64,000 nt of DNA from Octopus sinensis (lineage: Eukaryota), in the NCBI RefSeq assembly GCF_006345805.1, contig NC_042998.1, positions 146,072,001 through 146,136,000 on the forward strand, in the 5' to 3' direction. This document shows positions 11,043-21,995 of this stretch, in pieces. Position 1 is the first letter of the stretch. Each line of letters begins with the position of its first letter. A model generated the notes under the pieces. It did not search any database, was not told the DNA's origin, and worked only from the letters and a program-made list of their open reading frames with translations. Made by a program: the position numbers and the translations under genes.

Positions 11043-14000
11043 CTGAAAAGAGAAGAAATAGCATTTGAAATATCAGGCAAAAAATTTTAAACAAATGTTA
11101 CAAAGGATTTTTCTATAAAAAAAAAAGGCAAGATTAATACTTACTACCACCATAATTATTCATACCGCCGCCACCTCCCATTCCTCCTCCACCCATTCCA
11201 CCTCCAATTCCTCCAAAGCGGCCACTGCCCATGGGGCCATCACCATAGCCACCACCAACACCACCACCATCACCACGGCCATCAGGAGTAGAGTTCAAGA
11301 AGAGCTCTATGTAACGATCCTCTAGAGAAAGAAAGAAAATGAATCAAAACATGAAATAAATATAGACATAAGTATTGTAAAATAAAGAATTAAACTTACG
11401 AATGTAATTTTTGTGTCTCTCCATGGAAGATACAGCATCCTGATGGGAACTGAAGTCAACATCTGCTTCTCCTGTTGGCCTGTTATTTCTATATTCAAAT
11501 TCTATCCTGATTGGGTCTAAAGGTCTGAAGAACTGCAAATAGGACAAAAGTTGACAAAAGTTTATTATGGCATGTACACACAATATGCATGTAAAACAAG
11601 ACCAATTTGAAAATATACTTACATCTCTAATATCCTGTTCAATTGCTTGGAATGGTAGACCTCTCATGTGTACAGAATGGCCAGATTTGCTGACATACAT
11701 ACTGCCAGGTGTTGCACCTTTTGGTCTTGCAAAAGATCCACCTTGTAATCGACCTCTGGTTTGAGGACGAAGATTTCCTCTTCTGTTGATACCACCAAAA
11801 CCCATGCCACCACCATAACCACCTCCATACTCATCATAGTCATCCTCAAAGAATCCTACAAAAACACATACAACCATAAATAAAAGCGGTCTAAGTTTAC
11901 ATACTTAAAAGAATCAAGATTTATGTTTATAAAACATGAAACACCCACCTTTAACATTTCTGCCACCTCTTCCTCGGCCATAACCACCAGCAGCAAAGCC
12001 ACCACCACCCATGGCATTCATACTGCCTCCAAAACGATCGTTTCTATCATAAGGACCAGGTCTGTTACCAGCCATGAATCCTAGATTACGTTGTCGCGGT
12101 GGTCCAACATTTGCATAAGCCTCTTGCAATGTACTAGGGAATATTTCAATATATCTAAAATAAGAGAAGAACAATATTAACACTGGCACAATGCTTAAAA
12201 ACATGAAAAGAATACATCCCCATTTATACACAGGATACTGAAATTTACGTCAAAGATAATACATCACAAGTTATTTACATTTCAGTATCCTGTGTATTAA
12301 ATAAAGGGGGGAAAAAATAAAGAAAACTGAAAAAACCCATTCACACATCATCTACACACTAGTCACTAGATTTAGCCAGGTTATGTTGCTACTGTAATAC
12401 TAAGTAGCTCATTCAGCCAAAACCCTTAACACTAGGGACATTTGAATGATCAAGCTTGAGAATTCATAACATTCAGAATTATTTTTTTGTCTTCCTTCTT
12501 TACCCAAGTTACATTACTTGAGGAATAACATCCACAGATCCCCACCAACCAAATAATACTACCTTCAAGCTTGATCAAATCAAAAACCCATATAAAGAAT
12601 ATCTAGTTTCAAACGAAAATACATGCACAAATGACAAACTATAATTTGAAATCTGTTACCGAAAAATACAAATTCAGAAATACTCCTGCAAGCTAAGGAG
12701 GAACCAGTCTCAAGTTTCACTTTATAAAGATTTCATGTATGTATTAAATATATCCATTAGAAAATTGCCAGTATTCACTAATACTCAAACAGGCCATAAA
12801 TTTAGCTAACAGAAAGTATACTAGTCTAGATGAATTTTATCCAATTCAAATTGCCCATTAAGTGAATTTTTCAAAAAAGCCTTATCTTAACCTTGGGCAA
12901 AAATAACTAAAGAATGGATCCAGGCCACTCACTAAATATAGGCTGAATGAGCTTTTACATATAAAATTACAATTTTTTTTTTTAATCTTAAAACAACCCT
13001 TCTTAACTCCAGTATAATTTATTTAAAATTTAATCTACAATGATGATTATACAAAAACAATTACAGAACTTTATAGAAAGAAAAAAAAAAACAAAATCAA
13101 AACACAGAAAAATGCTTTTCATAGAATTAATTATAAGAGAGGCACAATGTTAAGCCAACCAGATTTTACTTTGCGATAGAAAAGAATAATTTATTCTAAG
13201 AAAATTTTACATGAAAGAATATTTTTTTTAAAAAAAAAGCATTTTTCAAGTGTGCAAATTTATCCCAATATAAATTATTAAAAATTAAAAAAATTAATCC
13301 AGTCATTCAAACTCAGCACACAAACCAACAATAGATAAGCCCCAACAGGCCCATCCGTCCTCCCACCTGTGCCCCAGTCTTGCCATGTGTTTATCCAATG
13401 CTTTTTTGGCTATTTCTGGTGATGCATACTGTACATAGGCCTCCCCCGTGCTGCGCCCCTGTCGGTCCTCAGGTAGCATAATCCCATTGGGGACAATCTC
13501 CAGCCCTACACACCCGTCCCAATCAGAAAGACACATAATGAAGCAACAAGTGAAACTTATCATGCAAAAAATATTAAAAACCAATTTAAATTAAGATAAA
13601 AATATCAAAGTGCATACAAAAAAGTTAAATATTCAAAATACAAACATTATAATAAGGTGGGTTTTTTTAAAAAATACAAGCCCAACCTTTAAAATTCGAT
13701 CAACATTATTATTCTTCATAACTAATAAATTAGCAATTTAACATTTATAAACAATAAGATATAAATATATTTACAGTATTTAACAAGCTATTTCATTTAA
13801 AAACATTTTCTATATATCATTCCAATAAGCTAAGAAAACAGGAAGAAAGGACTAACTTGAAACAAATGAAAAAAATACAACTCAAGAGCCTTATAATTTT
13901 TATACAATCAAAATTGAAATTACAAAATTACATCAGCAGAACATTTACAATACAAATACATGGCAATATACAAACAAGATTAACAATTCAATATCTAAAA

Positions 14001-16609
14001 AGGTTCTTAATTTAGAAAATAGCAAAGTATACAAATTTTTCCCTATTAAAATATTACAGCTCTGTAACTAAGTACATATAATCAACAACCTACACAATCT
14101 CAAAAAAATTAAAAAAAGGACAGGGAAACTTACTACCAGCATCTGAAAAACGACAATTAAGGGGAGAATATATATACAGCTAAATATATAACATCTAACT
14201 ATATACATACACTATTTAGACTACAAACTTGACTACATATCTTTATAGAAATTATAAAGCAAAGGTAGAGACCAAGCTCCTCCAATAATTTCTTACACTG
14301 ATAATGCAGTATTTGTAGTCAGTCAGATACTGATTACAACTAAAAAGTCCATAAAAAAAAAAACTATTCAGTTGTAAAGAAAAAATCTTACCTGTGAAAA
14401 ATTGAGCAATCTCTTCTTTTGAACATCCAAATGGCAATCCTCTCATCCTTACCACAGCATCACTTTGACCAGTCACCTGACTGGATCCAGCTCGCTTGAT
14501 AACCCAATCCATCTCGCTTTTCTTAGATCTGAAGACTACAAACGGTTAGATTGAAAGCAATGTCGTTAGAAACCCAAATCCTTACTTTCCCCATTCCTAA
14601 ATCTCCACAAGAATTTACAGTAAATGTGAAGAATCATAGATCAATTTCAAAGATATGAAGAATGTAAAAAAGACATGGTTTTCTAGAAATACTAAAAAAC
14701 GAATTTATTTTACTATGGTGATGCTACAAACAAGATGTCCAGTATTTTGTCAATGATTCTAATTAAACATTCAGTTATGTCTGCTTCCCAGCCAAATGGT
14801 TTGAGGTTCATCCCATGGCATGGCACTTTGGCAAATGCCTACTATAGCCCCAGGGTGATGGAAGCCTTGAGTAGCTGTAAACTAGTGCCACTAATTTACA
14901 ATATTCTGTAAAAGTACATGTCTAACCACAGGGAAGTATCTTGCTTGGCAGCAAACAAAAGGGCATTCAGCCATAGAAATCTGCCTTGAAAAACAAGCAT
15001 AAAAAATGAAAACTAAACTTCAGATTAGAAACACAAATACATCCATGTAAGATCACATTAAAAGAAATTGCTGTCTTAGAGATACACCAACAATGACAAA
15101 CCTTTAAACTGCTGCCTCAATTGGAAGTATTTCATTCCTAATGTTGTGAAAACCTGTATCCATGGAGGAATAATACCTTGCCTTGAAATAGGTGAGGGTT
15201 GGCAACAGCAAGGGCATCTAGTTAAACATGCATCGAATTCCATGTGACTCATGAATGGAAGCTGGATACTAGCATTTCCCTTCCTGAAGTAAATATTTCA
15301 TTTCCGCTTCAGTACTTCAAGTAAACCATGCTTTTTTTTTTATACATTCCAATTATTTTCGAAATTGTGCCTTAATTTCCACATTTCCCAAATTTTTTAT
15401 ACCTTACCTTCAATGTATCTCTGACCCATATGAGCATTATTCTTTTTCAATGCCAGTTCCTTGTCCTCGTTACTGACAAACTCCACAAAAGCCTCACCAC
15501 TAGGTCGACCCTCTCTTGAATAAGTGAAGTGAACTCCCATTTCCTCACCATAAACTCGGCAACCTGTTGGAAATGGAAGGCAGATCCAAATAGACTCCCA
15601 CCATTTAAGATATTCAGCAAATCTCACAAAAAAAAAAAGTACATTTTTACAACTGCACCAACCTCCCTTTTCTACAGTTTTGATAGTTTCAAACAAACCT
15701 GACCATCAAAAATTTTTCACCTTTAAAGTGAGATCAATGTAACAGTAAAAATTTAACCCGTGTGGGAACTTACGTTTACCCTAAAATGTTTTTGCTGCTC
15801 TAAACCAGTGGTTCTCAACTGGGGATCTACAATAGTATTTTAAGGGCCCTTGAAAAAATTTTGCTGTAGCTGTATTGCCAGAAACGGCTGTGTTTCAGCC
15901 TACACAAGTTAATGTGAGGGGGGAAAAAAATAGGAATTTTGAAGAACGTTTCCACAAATGTCTGCGAATCTACCAGAATAAAATAGTAATCAAAGGGGTC
16001 CATAGATAAAAAATTATTGAGAACCCTTGCTTTAAACGAATCCGACCGTCAAAACCGTTCATTAGGTAAATTAATCCTTTAAATTAGATAGATATATAAA
16101 TTGATTAGGTAAATGTCCGACACTGGTGTCACAACAAATGTAGAAGATTTTTTTTTTCATTCTCGAGTTCAAGGACTCATAAAACCGGTTAGCCGGTTTC
16201 CATGACTTGAGTTCGCAACATTGCCTCTGAAATGGACGCCGGTCCGTTACATGGTTCAAAACCAGCTATTTTAAGTGGAGAGGATTAAGTCGATTTACAT
16301 CAACTCCAGTACTTTAGTACTCTTATCGATCCCGAAGGGATGAAAGGAAGAGCTAAGCTCGGCAAGATTTGAAAAAGCTACCGAGTACAGAAATGGCAGT
16401 AATTACATTGTTTTTGATGCGTTTTCCTTCTCTAGATAAATCACTGCCTCTAAAATTAAAAACGGATGTAATACTAAAAATTTCCAAGTTTTATAGTCCA
16501 AACCTTCAAAGAACTTGAGAACATCTGAGGCTGTGGCAGCCCATGGAAGACCACGGAGTCGCACAACACATCCCTCGTCGTCATTATGTTGATCTTGCTG
16601 CTGTTGCAT
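10947..16609 (-). CDS. HNRNPH1: hnRNP H/F family protein (glorund-like; 3 qRRMs plus Gly-rich domains): complement join(16504..16609,15408..15563,14392..14535,13367..13505,11949..12154,11623..11855,11400..11532,11145..11321,10947..11042); terminal exon/stop unresolved
   Basis: Nine GT/AG exons in consistent phase. qRRM signatures: VVRLRGLPW / [11 protein letters not shown] / MGQRYIEVF; [20 protein letters not shown] / GLEIVPNGI / [10 protein letters not shown] / LGHRYIEIF; [10 protein letters not shown] / [10 protein letters not shown] / [11 protein letters not shown]. Start context GTCACC-ATG. The symbol stands for the H/F family, not strict orthology to one vertebrate paralogue. Confidence 0.95.
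11145..11321 (-). CDS. HNRNPH1: hnRNP H/F exon, qRRM3 end and Gly-rich tail
   Basis: tttctctag acceptor, A|gtaagt donor, 177 nt; [15 protein letters not shown] followed by GGM/GGY repeats. Confidence 0.92.
11400..11532 (-). CDS. HNRNPH1: hnRNP H/F exon, qRRM3
   Basis: tttgcag acceptor, C|gtaagt donor, 133 nt. Confidence 0.93.
11623..11855 (-). CDS. HNRNPH1: hnRNP H/F exon, GYR linker and qRRM3 start
   Basis: ttttgtag acceptor, GAT|gtaagt donor, 233 nt. Confidence 0.93.
11949..12154 (-). CDS. HNRNPH1: hnRNP H/F exon (YIEIF...RPGPYDR...GRNVK)
   Basis: ttttag acceptor, AAAG|gtgggt donor, 206 nt; RPGPYDR PY-NLS-like motif. Confidence 0.93.
13367..13505 (-). CDS. HNRNPH1: hnRNP H/F 139-nt qRRM2 exon (GLEIVPNG...RLGHR), candidate regulated cassette exon
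   Basis: G-rich acceptor gggacgggtgtgtag, CAG|gtggga donor. Confidence 0.94.
14392..14535 (-). CDS. HNRNPH1: hnRNP H/F exon, qRRM1 end and qRRM2 start
   Basis: tttgtag acceptor, ACAG|gtaaga donor, 144 nt; [11 protein letters not shown]...AQFFT. Confidence 0.94.
15408..15563 (-). CDS. HNRNPH1: hnRNP H/F exon, qRRM1
   Basis: ttccaacag acceptor, GAAG|gtaagg donor, 156 nt. Confidence 0.94.
15806..16029. mobile_element. hAT (Charlie-type) MITE in an hnRNP H/F intron
   Basis: Ends CAGTGGTTCTCAA / TTGAGAACCCTTG; 8-bp TSD ctctaaac / ctttaaac. Confidence 0.8.
16504..16609 (-). CDS. HNRNPH1: hnRNP H/F first coding exon ([35 protein letters not shown])
   Basis: ATG at 16609, GAAG|gtttgg donor; upstream acceptor candidates at 16669-16670 and 16634-16635. 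Confidence 0.92.
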
Positions 16610-16963
16610 GGTGACAGCAAATTTAAGAGGAATCTGGAAAGTGACTTCAAAAGACCTTGCTCAGCTCCCTAGAAATAAATATTTGTACTAAGTGATTAAC
16701 AGGAGCAATAAATAAAATCAAGTTAAATTACAAGTTACAACATGAAAAAAAAATACAAGTATGAACACGCTTTAGTTACGTTATTAAACGGAAACAAAAT
16801 ATATAAATAGTTGCCCTAATTTGAATTAAAATCAAGTTACGAAAAAAAGTTTTCTGAAATGCCGATATATAAGAAAAATAAAAATATAAAGTGAAGTAGA
16901 GCGTTCTAGTATAGAGAAATGTCTAATGCTTTTAGATAGATACAATAGAGATTTGATATAGTA

Positions 16964-17000
<37 letters not shown>

Positions 17001-18076
17001 ATCTAAACCAATCCTTTGTATTTCCTCCTCTCATACGACATTGCGATAAGTATCAGAGAGGAGGACGCATTAACAAAAGAATAGAGAAACGAGGACAACT
17101 GAGTTACTTTGTATAACAAAGCTTTTACTAAAATATAATAGTCAATACAAGAATAAACTACGTAGATTTTTATTTTTTTTTAAATACAAATAGAAATAAA
17201 AAGAAAGCAATTGAATGTGGGCTTTGTTGAAAGCTGCCGCTCGCCATGATTGGGGGGGGGGGAATATAAAGCCTCACCGGCATTTTTTAATAAAAACAAT
17301 GTACATTCAATAATTTTCAAATTAATAAAATGATATACGGGAATATGTATTTAAGGTATTAGTTTAAAGGTTTAATTTTTTAATGCTAAATGGTTTCAAA
17401 TTGAAAACTATGTTGGTTGAACAAGAAACGTGTAAAAGTGTATTTCTCTTCAATATGGAGTTGATAATCTTTCTCTTCCTTTAACTCTTTTGTACTTTCA
17501 GTTCATAAAACCACTCAGAAACAAATTAATTAGAAATAACGTTTTCGCAAATAAAAAAATGTTTATTAGTACATACATTTAGATATTAAAAAAGAAAGCT
17601 GTTGAGTATTTTCTGAGGGAGAAGAATTGTTACGAAACATTTGTTAAAGACGAGTCAATGGCTGAAACAGTTTTTCCCGCCCAGACGGACTTCATTCGAT
17701 ATCTCAAGGAGAATTATGTTGTGATATCACTTAACGATAGAAATAGAATATCTTACAATAAAATATCGACTAACAAAATGCACATAAAAATATTATGTGA
17801 ACAAAATTAAAATAAATAACGTAAAAATTAAAACAAAGAAGAAACGGAATTTTTTTTTTTTGTTCCTTGTCCGGCAAGACAAAAGATGGCACGTGCAGCC
17901 GATACGTGATACAAGATAAAACTACATTTCCCTTAAGATAATAACTCAAATTTAAGGCTAAATTGTAATTAATCTTCCCCTTCTCACTTTATAAATTAAA
18001 CAATTAAAACTGTACTATATAATCATACATACAAACACCAAAACTGTTTCTTCCGTCTCCAAAACCTGCGACTTAC

Positions 18077-18145
18077 CTTCTAGTTGACCTGCTAAAGATG
18101 GCGGAGAGAAATGTTCGTTTCGTTATATACTAAAGGCTCATGGGA
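18077..18145 (-). promoter_or_regulatory. Probable core promoter and short non-coding first exon of the hnRNP H/F gene
   Basis: Minus strand reads TATATAA (18129-18123) ... tttctctcCGCCATCTTtagcaggtcaactagAAG|GTAAGT: TATA-like box, YY1-type motif, perfect donor at 18076; CpG locally enriched. Confidence 0.7.
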
Positions 18146-21100
18146 AATACTCTCAAGTCAGAAATTTTTTTTATACATTTATATTAATAACATTTTTAAT
18201 TCCTTAAAAATTAATTATTTTTATTGATAGAAAATTATTTCTATGATCAAATAAACTTATTCAATTTTTTTTAAAAAGTTGTTTTTTTTTTATGCTTCTG
18301 TTAGTAGAACGTAGCCATATTGCCTGTTACCGCGTTTCATGGAATAGTCTTTGTCATCGGCTATTATCGTAGACATCTACATCGGGCTTTAATTAAACTG
18401 ACCATTTTTTAATTGGAAAGATCTTATTTTTTCACTCTGTATGCTTCTTTCTGGATGAACAATGAGTTTTCTCTTGTAAGTATAACTCCATTCGTATCCG
18501 GTTTTTTCAGCCAATGTTTATAATAGATCTTTCGTCATACAAACAATCTTATCTTATTTCGTTACAGCTAAAACAACGAAGCACATTACAAAGTGAAACT
18601 CTTTGAATTAAAATACACTTTCACGAAATTTTTGCAAATTAACCAATGTCTCACCATGCCATTTCTTACTAGATGTCATTGAATGATTAGTTTATGAAAG
18701 TTTCTTTTTTGGTTGAGTGAGCTATCGATTTCTATCGATCATCAAACGTCATTTGGTTTTGACGTAGATTTTATTTTACAGTATCCTGTGTTATCATTTC
18801 CACCCTCTCATCGCAATAATTTTAGAATTTCTTTATAAAAATCTTTCCTTTTCAATTAATCTTCAATTGGAAAAAACTTTATAACTTCATTCCCCGGCTT
18901 CAATGTTTGGACTTTTCAGTATCTGCCATTGTCACCTAAACAACGATCGTTCCATCTCAACATCTTCAGGAAATACACAAGAATTATTCATATTATTATC
19001 GTTGTTACTCATGTTTTGTTTAACTAAAGTCTTAAAAAGTTTATATATCAGGTGTAATTAATGTAACGTTATATTACTATTTATTTGTTATATATTGCGA
19101 TCTAGAAAAAAACTTCTCTTAAGGTGTTTAGTAAAAAATGTTATTGTATTTATCAATGAATGAAACCTTAGTGAAGTTGTAGAAACTTCAAATATGAAGC
19201 GAATAATAAGTGATATTTTATCTTGTATCCTACAGTGCATTACAGGTTAACCATATAAAAGAAAAAGTTTACTTTTGTTTCCTTCATAATACTAGAGGTA
19301 GCCAAATTGCTTTCACTCTAAATAGAAGATAATATGAAGAATTGCTAAGTACATAGTGTATGTATAGATATACCTGTGTACATTTGGTTTTAAGGAACTA
19401 TGGAATGGTTACAATACTAGGCTGCCATCCTGAAAGTTGGTGCTGGCATGATGTATTGGGGTCCTGGTGAATTCTTCAAACGACACGTTTCTCTCCACCT
19501 CTCTTTCAAAACAATTTGGAAGTAATTACTGTTGTCGGACTTACAAGAAAACAATTCTTTCTAAAGAATCGTATTAAAAAAATTAATTTCAATAGAACTT
19601 TATCTAAAGGGTTAATCAAAAGATAAAATGCAATTTTTCTTTTGTATTACAATTGGATATTGGACATATCTATGTACCTGTGTTGTGGTCTCGTCTGGGG
19701 TTGTCAACTACTCAAATGTCTGGCTTTGAACTATTTGAAACACAATCCTTTATTGCCTTTGAGTTAACGAGATACAGACACCCTCTCTGCATAAGTCGCA
19801 GGAATTAGCAGTCAAACCTTCAAATCACATAGCTGCCAACCTCTCAAAGTTCCAATGGTTCGTATTTAACTGGTTTCTTTCAGCTGTTGAGAGATTTCAC
19901 ACTTTTGATACCCTGAAAGATTAAGCAGGAAAAGTTACTGTAATCCTTACAAAACTTTAATTCATTAAATGTCTCTCACTCTACTATCTGCCACCCACCC
20001 CCATTTCGCTAGACTGTGTTAACCTTAAGCAAGTAACAACATAGCTTCTGTCTTTTTCATAAATCAGCCTATATTGAATATTTAGAAAGAAATTATTGTG
20101 CCAAGATATTACACCTTTATCCTCAATAAATCATTGTGGCGTCTTAGACCAATTTTGTAGAGAAAAGAGTAATAAGTTTACTCAACAGCAATATCTTATA
20201 ACAAACCTCAGTTGGAGGAAAGAGTGAGTCCTGTTGTAATTTGTATTCAATAAACTGTTGTAATAATATTTGAAGTGGGTCAGTTATTGCTTGTTGAGGG
20301 AAGTTAACCATTCAAACAGTTGATATTGCTTTGGAGACATTCAAAATATTCCAACATTAATTGAAACAAAAATTGAGCTTTGTAAACTATTTAAAGCAGT
20401 TAGAAACTTAAACGTATTTTGAAATGTTAAACTTTGAAATATGGTAATTCTACGAATGTCTATTAACTCTAAGTAATCAATAGCATGCTCAATGGAATAG
20501 TGAAGTCTTGAATTTTCTTTTGGTTCTAGCCATTGTGCCAAAGCCATTCTGGTGCAGTGCCTTCAATGGTTTTAGTCAGTAATATCGTTGCCAGTACTAA
20601 ATTTCAATCTGGTACTTATTCTATTGAATTGCTAAGTTGTTCATTTTGACATAATACTAGGTTTACACTGGTTAACACAAATGGGAGAACACACACACAT
20701 ACAAACATGCTGGAGATATGCAAGGGGATAGAGTGAGGGGAAGAAAAACTGGAAAAGTACACTCGAAGAAAGGAAAAGTCAGTAGTACCAGCGGAGAACT
20801 TCAAATGCAGTCACTGCATACAAGTCTGACACAAATTCTCCAGGCACCGATCCATGGCCTCTTGAGACCAGATGCTTGTCTACACACACGCACACACAGG
20901 GGTCTGTTTTGCTCATGCTTTACCTGCTCTCATGTCTTCACCTAAAATCATTACACTCTCTCTTTCTGCTACTCTCCATTATAGAGGCCTCTTTAGTCAT
21001 GCAAGGTGACATCACTCAAGCTACTACCCAGTACACTGTAAAGCCATGCTGTGTACTCTTTAGGAGGCTAGGCAGGGTATCCAGTTGGAGATATCATGCC

Positions 21101-21664
21101 GAATCAAGCATTGCAGCAAGATACATCCCCCAACTCATCAGACAGTCTTTGTTCCTGCATGAAGAGCAGACATTAAAAAAGACAAATGCTATATAATATA
21201 CATGACAGTCTTCTGCACTGTTTCCATCTCCCTAATTCCACTGAACAAGATATTGGTCAACTAGAGGCTAGAGTAGAAGACATTAGCCCAAGGTGCTGCA
21301 CAGCAGAATCAAACTCTGAACCATGTGTCTGCAAAGCAAACCTGTTATATTTCTAGTTATCCCTCTCCTGTGTGTGGTGGTCTTTAGAACCTGATTAATA
21401 TACTGTTGCTAGTAGAAATATGAACTGCACATAATATCAAGCAATTGAAACAGCAAGTAATGTTTCTTTGAAATAATTCTTTTTCCATCTCAAAATTTTT
21501 AATCCTCATGGTGTCATATTCAAATACGATTTTAAGTTTCATGTTTTAAACCTCTTTCACACACATCCCTAACAAATTTTTGAACTTCCTTTTGGTGAAC
21601 ATCTATGAAGAGAATTTCCCTATAAAATTGTCATCAGAACTTCTGTGGTTTTTATATATATATT

Positions 21665-21995
21665 ATCGTTTCAGTCATTTCACTGTGGCCATGCTGGAGC
21701 ACCACTTTTAGTTGAGCAAATCGATCCCAGGACTTATTCTTTGTCAGCCTAGTACTTATTCTATCGGTCTCTTTTGCTGAACCAGTAAGTTACAGGGACG
21801 TAGAAACAACAGTGTCAGTTGACAAGCAATAGTGGACACATGACTGGCTTCTTTCAGTTTCTGCCTACCAAATCCACTCACAAGGCTTTGGTCGGCCTGA
21901 GGCTATAGTGGAAGACACAAAGCCAAAGTGCCACATAGTGGGACTGAACCTGGAACCATGTGGTTGGTAAGAAGCTACTTACCACACAGCTACAT
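21665..21995 (-). mobile_element. SINE, same family as 61605-62002
   Basis: Reverse complement matches both head and tail. Confidence 0.85.

Noticed and set aside
18780-18792. 13-nt match (cagtatcctgtgt) to the arm of the 12226-12297 hairpin
   Set aside because: A single short match outside the predicted transcript; compatible with chance.
20710-20880. Possible LINE C-terminal CxxC remnant (FKCSHC)
   Set aside because: Too short and decayed to assign by eye.
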